Shown one piece after another: positions 37,115 through 50,200 of a stretch of DNA of 64,000 bases (positions within the stretch are counted from its first letter, which is position 1; the number at the start of each line of letters is the position of its first letter). Under the pieces are notes generated by a model. That model was not told the DNA's origin, ran no database searches, and saw only the letters and a program-made list of their open reading frames with translations. Origin of the DNA: Lingula anatina (lineage: Eukaryota > Animalia > Brachiopoda); NCBI GenBank assembly GCA_051362555.1, contig CM120644.1, positions 2,922,954 to 2,986,953 of the forward strand, in the 5' to 3' direction. Made by a program: the position numbers and the translations under genes.

Positions 37115-40100
37115 TGTTTTATCTGGAAAAAAATTTCAAAATATATGTCTAGACAATATTTAGAGATTTTTCTTCCTAATAGGACTTTAAAATGTGCATT
37201 TGTCTCAGTGAACTTTTTTTCTCGGGGAGGGTGGTGAGGAAGAATTTTGCTTTAATATCATATGATCCATTCTACAAGTTCTCTTGAACTATTAAGGAGG
37301 GTATTTTTCACAACTATTTGAGAATTTCAAGTCTACAGGATTGTAGGCGAACATGTGACGGTTTACATGTTAAATGTGCAGCAATCAACTGTGTAATTCT
37401 TGTACACTTTAACCCAAAGATCACCCTCCTGGCATTTTGTACACTGTGCATAATTGTCGTGCCTAAACATATTTCATTCACCACGGATGCAAGTATTAGA
37501 AATGTTACATCAGCAAACGACTACTAAATCTACTCAAGTTCTAGTCTTTCTCAGTGAAAGAGCAACTACTGGTTGTGCTCATAATTCGCGCGACAATCCG
37601 TATGCGTATACTCCATGTACGTATTAACTGTGTACTGACGCCCCCTGAGAGACAATGGGTTGTTTTGATAAACTACAAAAGCCTGTGCGGGTAGCAAACA
37701 ATAGCGACGTGGACTCATACAGGGCCTAAGCGCACAGGGGGAGGAGCGCATATGTAAATTATTGTACGGGCGACCCTTGGAGACGGGAGTTCGTCCTCGC
37801 CAAGCGCGACGGGAAGTAAATTGATGCGCGCTCTAATCCGACTTAATTAACAGCTTTCAACTTGGCAGTATTGCACCTTGCTCTAGGCTGAATGTCGACC
37901 TGCCGTCTCGTTGTTTTGTTTGCTTCTTACAATCAGGGGAATGGGCCTCTGCTATTTAATACATTTGAAGGATTTTTTTTGTAGTTTTGGTGAATTTCTC
38001 GAGCGATCAGTCTGTGGCCCATACCAATTAACCCTTCCGAACTTGGCAGAAGTCTCCCTAATTTTGGACGTATCTACCGATCTCCCTTTTGTCTCGATAC
38101 ATCACACTTTTCTCTTTGTCCTTACGTTTGGAAACTTCTCAGGTTAAGTGATAGGGGTATAGATAGCACTAAACAATAAAAAGAAAATACCAACGACAAA
38201 GCCGTGCCAGGTCTTCGTGTGAGTAACATCCAAAACACTGTACATGTATGTTGTTTTCGTGGAGACGAAGCTGGTTTCGAAAGGAACCTAAATAGCGATA
38301 ATTAAAACCACAGCTGGGTAAGCTACCTGGACATTGTAATAAGTGATAGATACAATACAAGTCGCCGAGCCGAACTTGAAATATAACGAGCGTATTGTCG
38401 AGCCACAGGTTGAGTAATTTTCGGGTACAGCTCGGTGGCGAGTGTTGCATCTAGCTTAAACCACAGCCTCTCATCGGTTAGTGCAATGTCTTCGCGATAT
38501 ATTACTGAATGCCAGCTGAGCGGTGGAAAATTAATTCCATGCAAAAATTTTTGTTGGGCATTAGAAAAAATTATCAAAAATGACTTAGTGTGTCAATTTG
38601 CCTAACGGCAAGGGCTTAAGTGTTTGTGCAAGATCGGTCACATAACTGCATTCGCTTACTGCAACTCCTTGAATTATGAAATAGATTAATTAAAAGAAGA
38701 TCTTTAACTGATACGTGTGCAAATGCTGTGGAGGAGAGTTCGCCCAAACAAATCATTAAGGGTAAATGGCATTTGATTAGCCTTTGTCGTGAACACAATA
38801 ACATCATGTATGAAGTAAGTCCAAATTAACATAGTTTTAATTTTTTTCAATTTACTTCGTGCATTATAACAAGAATAGTTATCAATGTTGTTTTCATGTG
38901 TACATGTACGTCCTAAGGATCGATGGTGGAAGTAAAAAGACTGTCATACTTTTTTTGATAACCCGCTTGTCGGCGGTGGAAATTACAATACAACGCTTTG
39001 TTTGCTGGTTAATGATCGCATTAAGGGGTGGCCGATTTCGCACCTTTTACATTTCATTCAATGGCAGTTACAACTGGTAGTCGCCCCTTTGTTTCGTTGT
39101 CCAGTGTTACCTAATGACTGGGTTGTAAGTGACCTTGATATTAAAAACTATTCCATTCTTTGACTAGGTCTACTAGTATACATCCCAAGAGCGTTCTCAG
39201 GCAGCAATTGTTAATCATTAAACAATAGCGATAAAGCATCGGTTTCGTCAAATTTCAATCTTTGGGGCCATCAACAGTGCCTAAATATTCAAGAGACACC
39301 AGTAAACTAAAGTACTTTTTCGTTGGCAGTGTCAGGGTGAACAAGAAGTTATTACTTCTTGGGGTGAATCAAAATTTTCTCAATAAGGTGCTGGTAGGCT
39401 AATGAAAGACTAGGAAATAATCGTTAATTGCATCGAGAATTTAATCCTGTGCAACCTTCTACAAAATGAATATTTTACACTACTGCATGGGTCGTTATTC
39501 ATAAAGAATGTTTTAAAGTTTTATAAGGTTTTTGACAGATAAATAATTTCACCAAAGAATCTGCTCTCCGTTATTTGTTTTATTTAGATTTGATTAATTT
39601 TATTTAAGAGAAGTCAACAGATAAAAGTGCAGCGAAAAGAAATAGAGGAAAGAGGAAACTATCAAGAAAAAGTGATGGGAATCCTTAATATTAAAAACAT
39701 TTACGGGAAATAAGATTGATGTCCTTATCTCCCCTCTTTTTCTACCAAGCCCGCTTGCTCAAACGATTCATTCTTACTTCGGGGAAAACAAATGATAAAA
39801 TGCAGTAAATGTAGAAAAGAAGGACACGAACAAGGGAAGAGGGACGGGAGTCTTTAATTTAAAATATTTACGGGAAAAAAAGTATGTGAGAGTGATCTTT
39901 ATCTTCCGTCTTTCTCTGCCAGGTCGTCTTCTCCAATGCAGGTGCTCTCCGCTAGTTTAAAAAATATCTTTCTGCATAGACAGCTTGACGATTGGTGATC
40001 GAATAATTTCCAGTTTAAATATTTAAATACTGTGGCAAGAAAAGGAGACCCCCCCCCCCCCCCCCCCCCCCCGACACCAAAACGCATATATTTACAGACC

Positions 40101-42539
40101 TAGGCAACTTTCTACGCGCCCTTCTTATCCGTGTAGCACACCAATTAGACTAAATCATCATCTGTGATAATTTATCAAATCGCATGATTAATAAAGATTT
40201 TCGTGCGCTAGATAAGACCCTACAAAGGAGGCAGCCTTTTGTAGACCTTAGATGTATTTTCCATGTGGCCTTCTGGTTTCGGACCTGAAGTCCTCTCTGT
40301 GTCTGTCTGTAAGACAAGAAAAGTTAATGCGCACATTTCTAAAGAATCACATTTGAAAGAAAATGCTGTCAAACGCATATTATTTACACTCGTAAATACT
40401 GTACAGAATCATCTCAAAAATACGCTTACGGAAGGGCATTTTAAATTTTTATTCTCAAAAAATTTACGTTTTTTTAATAAGTATTATTTTATCTAATTAA
40501 TACTGTCCATATATTTAAATTCAAAACTAATGAAAGTGAATTATATTGTGTAGAATATTTACAAATTCCATCCATGTGTTCAAAGTCTAAAACAAAAAGG
40601 TTAAGCAAACAAAACATGATCGATGCAAACTTTTTGAAATATATATTTCGCATGCTGAAATAGGATTTTAATAGTATAACACTGGAACTATAATTGGCTT
40701 TTCATGCATGTTAGATTTTCAATGTCAAACTTGTTATTTGTATTTTATTAAAGAAAATTTTAAAAAGTAGTTGTTGATCAATTTAAAAAGACAGAACTAC
40801 ATTACCAGCCAATAGGCACAATCTAAGGATCGACCTGAAAAAAAAAAATTAACACAGACCCATTTATAGATAACGAGCTGCTTTCTCTCAACTTAATTAC
40901 ATTATTTATTCATTTCATTATTCATTTGAAAAGAGCATCTTGCTTGTACAAAGAAGCAATGAATTAGAATGTTGTTATTACTGCAATTACAAAATTAGCC
41001 TATATTTCTACGATGAACCACTCCAGGACATAAATAGATCCCACTTATAAATAACTCAGTGCACAGCAGCTTGAGCACTTTGTGGGGTATCAGCCTCCGA
41101 CAAGCAAAGTTTAAATTTTTATGAATGTGTTTTTTAATGATATCGTTTTTCAAAAAGGTATCACTTTCACTTCTCCGCGTGCACAGAGTCCTTTTTCGCA
41201 TGGCTGTCGTCCTGCCTCCCTCTACATATAAAATTCAAGATGGCGCACGTGCAGTGACAGGCCCGTATGGCTTGACAGAATAAGTTGACCGAATAATACT
41301 CGAAAAACTTTCAAATGAGATCAGCATATAATGTCACGGTAAAAGACGTTAAAGAAGCGAATATACAGATAATCTTCACAACGTCTGAAGTAGTTTATTT
41401 TATTTTTGCTCATTACCTCAGGCGGCACGCTCCGTGGTTTGTGACCGATACTGCATTACGTCATTTTCAAATTAACGTTGGCCGTTATGTGGGGAAATTG
41501 TGGGTAGCAGGACAAAAACTCACAAGTAAAATAAATATGAAATCTTTCAAACAAAACTTTGCAAAGTGAAGAAAAACCCGTTAGCAAGGCAGGAGATAGG
41601 CCCTGTGTCAGCCTAGAAAAAGGAACAGTACCGGCAGATAAGCAACTATGTAATTACGTCGGCTTACAGCAAGCGGCAATTAACTCCCCGTCGAGCATAA
41701 ACAGGGTGACAAGCCGCCACCGATGGACAAGCGGGGTTGATTTGCATATTAGCGAACATAGGGCGGGCTTGACGTCTTCTCATTTTCATTGCCATTGTGT
41801 TTTGCCCTATAATTATCTCGTCACCATGTACGCGTACAGACGTCAGAAAATGATCAATTAGTTGTCGCGGGAATTATAGGCATGACAGTACATGTAAAGT
41901 TCCTATCGAGCATCTAGAGGCATCAGCTTATGCAATCAACACAAATATTACATACGCTTACAATTTCTGCAGTAAAAGTGATCTAATAGTCAAAAGCCAA
42001 TTCTTCAAAGAACATTCTCTGAATGGCATGTTCGAGACTCGTCAATATTTACTTGGTGTGGATTTATGGCAAGGCCGGCCATGTGCGCTGAAAGCACGTG
42101 TTTTGTAATGCAAGTCGCCATCTTTATCAATCACAAATATTAATCGAGAAGTATTCGACAACAGCAAAATGCAAAATGTTTCTCACAACCCTGAAGTGTT
42201 CTTCGAACATATACCTACCGTCTTGGTCGACTGTAAAAAGATATGTTATAGAAAATCAGTGAAACGCGTAAAAATCTTCACAACGCCGGCGAGTGTTCAG
42301 CTTACTGCACACGTTTTGAGAACGAGACTGTGCCCTTTAAAACTTGGAGCCCTACACAGGGATGCTTATGAATATGACTGCGCAAAACATAAAATCTACA
42401 GCCTTAACAACAGTTAATCAATTGTTTTAGTTTTACTTTTTATTGTGAAATATTTTCAATCAGTAGCATGAAAAGTAAAGAAGTTTTCAATTCGATTCAA
42501 ATACATACAAAAAAAATTATCATTTCAATCATATTTATT

Positions 42540-42860
42540 CAGAAACCGGGCACCTACTTTCTAGAATATACGTTCGAACAATGTTATAAAGTTGGGTCTT
42601 TTGCTGTTTTCTAGAATTAATCTTAATGGGCCTTATTAATCTGATGTTCAATCACAGTTTTGAGCAAATCTTTTATCTTTTGACACCATTTTAAGAGCAT
42701 ACATTTCATTCAATTAAAATATATCCACGTGAACTCAATTTGACCTTAGTACGTTTCTCCCAACCCCGATGCTTGAGCGCATGCGTCAATAGCGTTAGTG
42801 TCCACACGTGTTTTACATTGGTTTCTAGATTTTCCCTGGATTTTCCTCCGTAATAGACAG
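42540..42860. promoter_or_regulatory. Probable HSP10 (and shared HSP60) promoter with heat-shock-element-like arrays
   Basis: TTCTAGAA dyads at ~42558 and ~42609, a degenerate 5-unit nGAAn array TTCtaGATttTCCctGGAttTTC at ~42823-42845, and a reverse CCAAT (ATTGG) at ~42817, immediately upstream of the HSP10 ATG. Confidence 0.5.
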
Positions 42861-42861
42861 G

Positions 42862-44468
42862 ATGGTGCGATTGGTAAGATTTCCAGCTTTGGTATTGTGT
42901 TTTAGTGCTTTGGGCTACCAGTGTTTCAAGTCGACATTCTTGTTAGTTTGTACTTTTAGAAATATCCTTGATTTTTAGCACGACCGGTGTTCCTGTGATG
43001 AAGCAAGAAGAACGTGCTCTTGCATTTGCGAAGACCTGCAAGAGTTGGGGGGGAAGGACTAGGTCACGATGCAAGTTTTGCAACTTGTGTTAGAGGTTTA
43101 CATTAATGGGTATTCTTTATTTTTAATGCTATTATTATATTCAGACTCTATAAAGTGGTGGAGACTGTGCTTATGTAATCTTTTAAGATTGAATTTAATT
43201 GATTTTTCAACTTAAAAGTGCATGGGTCCTACAGTTGTAATTATTAAATGACTTTCATAAGCATGCACCCCAGGTTCCAAAAGGTTGATATCAACTCCCC
43301 TCTCTCCAGACTTCAATATTTAATATGATCGACACACATTTAATATTACACAACTCCAACTTTCAGGGTGCACTGATCAACACAGCCCGTGTTATGATCA
43401 ATTGTTATGTAATTGTAGAACATCCTACTTGACCACATTTCTTAACACTGTTTCTAGGCAGGAGTCCTGAGGAAATTTGTTCCACTGTTTGATCGTGTGT
43501 TGGTAGAGCGACTGGCGGCAGAGACCAAGACAAAAGGCGGCATCATGATTCCAGAGAAGTCCCTTGGGAAAGTATTACATGCCACTGTTGTCTCCACGGG
43601 GCCAGGGTCAAGGACAAGTGTAAGTGACAAGGGTACTCATTGAGTAGCACATCTTTGAAAGCTTGAGTCTATGTTCAGCTTGTCTTTTTTGTTAAATTTG
43701 GCAAATTGTAATCTATTTACCTGACTAACTAGTGTGATTTTGATTGTCTGTGAATTGTTTTGTCAATCCACCAATACTGAAGAACAGCTTTATAGACTTT
43801 TTTCACATATTAATGTTAACATAAGTGTATTATAAACTGTGATTAAAAGAAATGAAAGGAGTGTTAGCTCTCTACAGGAACAGTTCACACTAAGACTTGG
43901 TTTGTGATAGTTGTCATTTAACCCAAGCAATACAATATACATGAGTTGCTCCACCTTTTACGATTATTTATAAAAGATGATGTTTCACATTAGAAAAAAA
44001 AAATGTTGTCATTGTTCCAGGATGGTACAGTGGTCCCATGCAGTGTAGTAGCAGGAGATAAAGTTTTACTGCCAGAATATGGAGGCACCAAAGTTGAGAT
44101 GGATGACAAGGTTGGTAGTCTGGGGAAATAGGTACCTCTTTAAAAGGACTTGGGGGCCAAAGTTTGGTCTTAATTGAAAGATTATGGTCTGGGAAATATC
44201 CATCTGTGATGTCTACTAAGATTAGCGCAACCTTTATTTTAATATATATTTTTATGGTTGCAGTATTTCCATTGAGTGGATAATTGTTTATTTCTCCTGC
44301 AGTCAAAATGGACCCAACTATTGATGGGAAACAAATGAGAAATATCAATCCAAGGTGATAAATAACTTTTATTATTTTGCCTATTTATTTATTTATTTAT
44401 TTATTTTTTAATTTCAGGAATATTTCATCTTCCGAGACGGAGACATTTTGGGAAAGTTTACCTCTTAG
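42862..44468 (+). CDS. HSPE1: 10 kDa mitochondrial co-chaperonin HSP10; exons 42862-42864 (or -42873), 43458-43619, 44021-44110, 44418-44468
   Basis: AGVLRKFVPLFDRVLVERLAAETKTKGGIMIPEKSLGKVLHATVVSTGPGSRTS|DGTVVPCSVVAGDKVLLPEYGGTKVEMDDK|EYFIFRDGDILGKFTS*, with all introns phase 0. The first exon is inferred. Confidence 0.95.
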
Positions 44469-45650
44469 AAGCTAAGTTCAGCAAGACTGTACATGCGAGT
44501 CTGAACAAACTTCTTCTGACGCTCTCTTTTATACACTCCATTGTTACTGCCAAGTTAACAGTACGCTGTAACATAGACGAAGCATTTTTTAGTAAAATTA
44601 TACCAAAAGTGTGAAAGTTAAAATTCAACTTTATTGATCCTTGTATAAAGTTAATGGTGAACTTGGTTGTGTCATTATTTTTATGAAAAGTGACTGCAAT
44701 TCTCACTTAAAGATCAGGTTTTCACATTACTTGCATTAACTCAAAAGGTGGTAGTTTTCAGTGAATCACATAAAGCTAGTTGAAGCTTATGTAATTGTGG
44801 AACTACAATTTAATTGTACGTGCTCTAAGTGAGTGAAATTCCTGTTAAATGGCACCAAGTTCTAACCATTGGAGAGTTAATAAAGTTGAAAGCACTGCAC
44901 GCTTGCTAAATGTGGAGATGATGTTGAACAGAGAATTGCAACATAGGTGAAATGTTGATTCAGAATACAAGAACAGGGAATCATAAGGTCAATTTCATGT
45001 TGGTTTCAGTCTAATTTTCCATCAAAGTGAAAACTGTGCTGAACCAAAATGATATGAATGAGACGAAAGAATAGTGGATCAAGATTGCCAAAGCAGAGAA
45101 TAAATGAAAATATTCAGACGATTCTTAGTCATTGGATGATTATGTAGTTGCTGATTTAAATGATTAGCATTACTGTTTGTATATGATACGCTTATCTTGG
45201 TGAACTTCCTGTTGGTTATATTTTTAGGAAAAGATTCTAGAAAAGGGGGACATGTTTCCAGTTGCTGAGGAAAGCTGGAAATGGATGCAATTCTTGATGA
45301 AAGGGTTGGGTTCAATATTTGCCCCCTACTCTTTCCTCTAGGACCATGCAAAATCTTTTATAGGTCTCTTCCAATACTTTCAAATCAATAAATTAAAAAC
45401 TTTTTGGTCTTACTGTTCATTGAGAAGTTTTAAACTTGATCATGTTGATAACAATAAAGGTGTTTACTGTATTGCACAATAATATGCGTCTGTCTTTTCG
45501 ATTCAAGAACTTGAAATTTGATTTTGTCTTCTCCCCTTGGTGAAGTTGAATATTTCCACTCTTGAAGCGCCAGAGCATTATTTGGAAATGTACTTCTCAA
45601 CAAGTACTGCCTTTTAACAAAATTCACACGATGGACGAGGTTTCAATTAA

Positions 45651-45961
45651 AGGGATAATAACTCTCTTGTTTTGGCCAAAAAGATGAATTTTCCTGGAGT
45701 AAATAACAATTTTCACATACCAATGGTTAATGAATCCATTTTTACAGTTGGTCCCTTTTTTATTTCTAAATAGTTTTTTTTTTTTTTTTTATGGAGTATA
45801 GCCATCAATGGAGGTCACGTGGTATAAAGACAAGCTAAGATATCAAAATAATAGCTTCAACTGTCGTTTTTGGGGTAAAACAGAATATATTTTTTTTCTA
45901 TGAGTTATTCACAATGTTTTTATCGTGAAATATAGATCTCATACGAAGAGTTATTATCCCT
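45651..45961. mobile_element. Kolobok-type MITE
   Basis: TIR AGGGATAATAACTCT...AGAGTTATTATCCCT flanked by TTAA on both sides. Confidence 0.8.
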
Positions 45962-47184
45962 TTAAGTTCTCAATTTTAAAGCAAATTGAAGCAACATATT
46001 GCATGTGAAACTTTATTAACATAGATAACTTGTTTAAATAAATGTGGTTATGTACATACTCATTTAGGACCTATAGACTGAGTGGGAAAAATCCCTGTAA
46101 AATACACTGATAATGGGCCAACAAACTTCAATAATTATTAACAGTAAATATAAGCATCTACAGAGATCTTGGGCTTCATGCACTCTGTGAAATAATACTG
46201 ATTTTCACCAAAAATTTCTTTACAAATTTTAAACATTTTGCAACAAAACAGACTTCTATAAATCAAGGCAAAACCTGTTGGGCAATCGATAATATACAAA
46301 TTCTTAAGGCTTGTTGGAAGTTCCTGAATACAGACAAAGTAACAAAAAAATGCAATGATTTAAAACGGTGGCTCTTAGCTTACATTAAAATAAAAAAAAA
46401 TGTGTGAATTTTTAAACTATTTGTGATCACCTGTACTTGTGCAAAAGATAAGTCACAATAACTTTCAAAGAGCTGTAGGAAAGAATACAACTTAAAAATA
46501 GTCCTCACATATTAAAAAAGTAGGTCACATTCATAAGTTTTATTTCAAGCATAAAGTGTCAAATGGAAGAATGTCACTTCACAATGATCACCTAAAGACT
46601 TGAATGAACAGTTTACATTCACACATGTTAACTTTTCAAATATAACCCATGCTACAATTATTATCTGCCAGGCAGTAGAAGTACTGGAACCCATTTTGGT
46701 ATATAATTTAAAAATCTTTGTACTTTGGACCTAATCTGCATAGTTCTCTGTTTACATTTTATTGCCTTTGAATACAACTCTCTTCCTACCCTAAATGAAA
46801 ATGAATAATTATATATACAGATGAATAATGAGTATAAATAAATTCTGAAAAAATCATAAGAGTATATATATTCTGCTCTTCTACTAACAAGTTTACATAA
46901 TTCTGGTATTTGTACAGTTTTAAACCTCTCACTTTCTTTGGTATAGGAATGACTTACATGTGATGCTCATAAAAATTTACATAAACACAAAACAAAGAGC
47001 ACATTACAAAGCAATAAGTTTGCAAACAATCTGTTTACATATAAAAAAAGCTTCATTTACTCCAACACATCTCTCTGAAGTTACTTGTTGAGTGACATTT
47101 AAACGACCAGCTTATTCTCCATCCATGGACCCTATATAGTGTAAAAAGATAGCTAGACAACGATGTAATGTCCTTTGCTCTTGA

Positions 47185-47218
<34 letters not shown>

Positions 47219-47294
47219 AACTCAACTCAACTCATGGCACAGACGATCATTTCCACAAAACAATCACTTGTCATTTCATCTGAGAGCTGGCAGG

Positions 47295-50200
47295 TCACAC
47301 TGTAGTTTGATGCCCAAAGCTCACTGGTGCAGCTTGTGGTGGCCTCTTATTCTGATCAGGTCTGGACAGTTGTGACTGTGCTGAAGGCAGAGGTTTTGAT
47401 TGTGTTAGGTGAGAAGTGGATTGTGTAGCTGGTTGTGACTTTGGTTGTGATGCTGTTGACTGAGGCTGAGAATGCGGTAGCTGAGACTGAGATTGTGTTG
47501 CATGAGAATTGGCTTCTCCATTCAATGCTGGCGCTTTGTCTGCGCCTTGGTTGAAATGCTGCTGTGGTTTCTGCTGTTGACTCTGATGATGATGATGTTG
47601 CTGTTGTTGTTGGTGATGCTGTGGCACATGCTGCTGTTGATGATGTTGTTGATGGTGATGTTGTGAATGTCCATGAGAATGTTGTCCCTTCTCAGCAGGA
47701 ACATGACCTTGTGAATGCTGTCTTTGCTGCTGATGTTGGTGCATTACTGGTTGCTGCTGCTGTGGGTTAGATGGAGGTGTAACACCCTGTGTCCCGGAGT
47801 ATTGTTGCTGCTGTTGAGGATGCAACTGTGGCAAACCCCGAGAACCAGAGGGATTTTCCTGATGACCTTTAAAGGATCCCTGTCTGTTGAAATTCCCAGC
47901 CTCTACCGTGCCCTGGGGGTGTGGCATGGAGTACTGAGGGTGTGGCCCACGAAGCGACCCCGTCCTAACAAATGCACCATTCTGCACCGGCTTGTCTTGG
48001 TACGGGGCCTGTCTTGTTGGTTGTCCCTCTGGTGACAATTCATAGTGACCACGCAGAGAGCCCTGCCTCACAAAGGCAGCCTGAGGCAGCTGGGAATAAC
48101 CTGACTGCTGAGACTGTGGTGGGGATGGTGTGGGGGTGTGATCCTTCTGTCTCAGTGCATGTTCCCTCTGCAGCTGTTGTAGCTTCAAGTACTGTTCCTG
48201 AAGCTGGAAGCTTTTTGTCCTCAACATCTCTGGTCTCTGATCCATCATTGGCTGCCTCACCAGGCTGACCCTCTTGGGAGCTGTGGCCAGAGCTGGTGCT
48301 TTCTTCACCGTCTCAGGACTCTCTGGGGTGCCAGGGCAGGGGGAAGAAACATCTTCAGTATCACCTTTACCACCACCCTCTTTAGATTCCTTTAATGGGG
48401 TAACTTGGTCCTGGTGTGGCTGAACCGGCTCTTCTGGTCTTGGTTTCTGCTCCTGTAAGTCAGGCCTGTTCAGACTGGCCTGGATTCCCTGGGCAATGTC
48501 CTGCTGGAATTTACTGCGTCCAGAACTCGGTGCTGGCTCCTGATTGGATGTCTTCACATCAACCTGGCCAGATGCCCCTTTCTGACCTTCACCCTGACCT
48601 TTGACATGATTTTCATCGCGCACTGGAGATTCATCATCTTTTTCAGCACCATTTTCATCGTCCATCATAGGTATGTCGTCATGTGCGGACCCAAAACTTT
48701 TTGCCTGCTGTTGGTTCTGATCTGAGATTGATTTGTCCTGTTCAGATGGCTCTTTGGATTTTTGTTCCCTCGGCAAGGTATGGCTGTGTGCGACTTGTGT
48801 CACCGCTATCTGCTGCTTCTCTGTCACGCTTTGGACAGCGACTTGTGACGCCACCTGGTAGCTCCCGGCTAATGGTCCCCTGGCCGGCAGTTTGAGAGTA
48901 GCTGGCCTTATGTAGCCTCCCCCTGGAATGACCCGCTTGAAAGCGGACTGTTGGCTCTGTGCCAAAGAGGGTGGGGCAAGGGGCGGGGCATGAGATGATG
49001 ACTGAGGTTTCTCCAAATCATCATCTATGGAGGTCTCTTTTTCGGGTGAGAGTTCGCGAAGTGCTTTGCGGCGTTTCATGGTGTCAGTCTCTGACCCGTC
49101 ACGCTCCGGTTGCATGGGATCTGAAGTATTTGACATATCGTTCATAATTCCAGAGTCCCCCTCTAGTTTCTTTCTGGCATCTTCCTCCTCCACTTCCTTC
49201 TCTCGTTTCTCTCTCAGTGCCCTGCTGGCCAATTCCAGGGACTTCTCAAACTTTCGGACTTCGTGAGATGTGACAAGCTTTTTCTTCCTTTCTCTCGAGT
49301 TTTCAGAGGCCTGAAATAGTTTGAAAATGCTATAGTCATTCGTAAAAAGACATCAGCCAATATGTGATATAATTCAGTCACAGCATATTCTGCCAATGAA
49401 AGCACAGAGTTCAACCTGGAATATTTTTGGTAAAACGTACCAACACAATCTTCTAAAAATAATAATAACCAATGGATCATGAAAAAGTCTGGATAAAATG
49501 GACCACTGTATAACAATATGTTTCTGCTAATGATTATCCTGTTACGACACCTATGGGCCTCCGTACCTCTATACTTAACATCCTGGCATCGTGATTGGGA
49601 ATCATGTGTTGTATATTTTCAAACAAAGCTTTCTTCTCGTTTTCCCCAACTGTCATTGTCATCAGCTGGGGCACCACTGGGGTCCGGTGTTCCTGTACGG
49701 AAGCCAACCTGAAATATAGGGGGAGACAGTGGTCAAGAAAAACTGAAACCCACATTTGAAAAAATTACACATAAATTTGATCCCTTTTTTTTTTTTTTTT
49801 TTTTTTTGTATCAGTTTGTTCATTCGTTTTTGTTTAATTTGGATTATACAATTTGAATATTGTAAGACTTTCTTTTGTTATAGGTGGGATAAGAAGAGGT
49901 ATCTATGGACGGCTGTAGCCTTGCAGAAACTGATAGACACATAATAATCCCATAATAATTTGATGAAAACATGCCTCAGATCAGTGACACAGTGACAGCG
50001 TGACATGCTGTCATCCAAAGTGCTGTGACTGTGAAATTTAACCATTTCTTTACCTTCATTATAGTAATCTCATGCAAAAAGACTCATTAAAAGAATTTCC
50101 ATAGGAAATAATGTAAATAAATACACAAATATATAAGCCAAACATTCAGTTTCAATAAATAACAAAATAATCAGACAGTTCAGAATGGCTAACTTTCTAA

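Noticed and set aside
42990-43130. GTGATGA C-box in HSP10 intron 1
   Set aside because: No matching CTGA D box at a suitable distance.
47522-49266. Numerous short plus-strand and alternative-frame ORFs
   Set aside because: Antisense or alternative-frame shadows of the large terminal coding exon.
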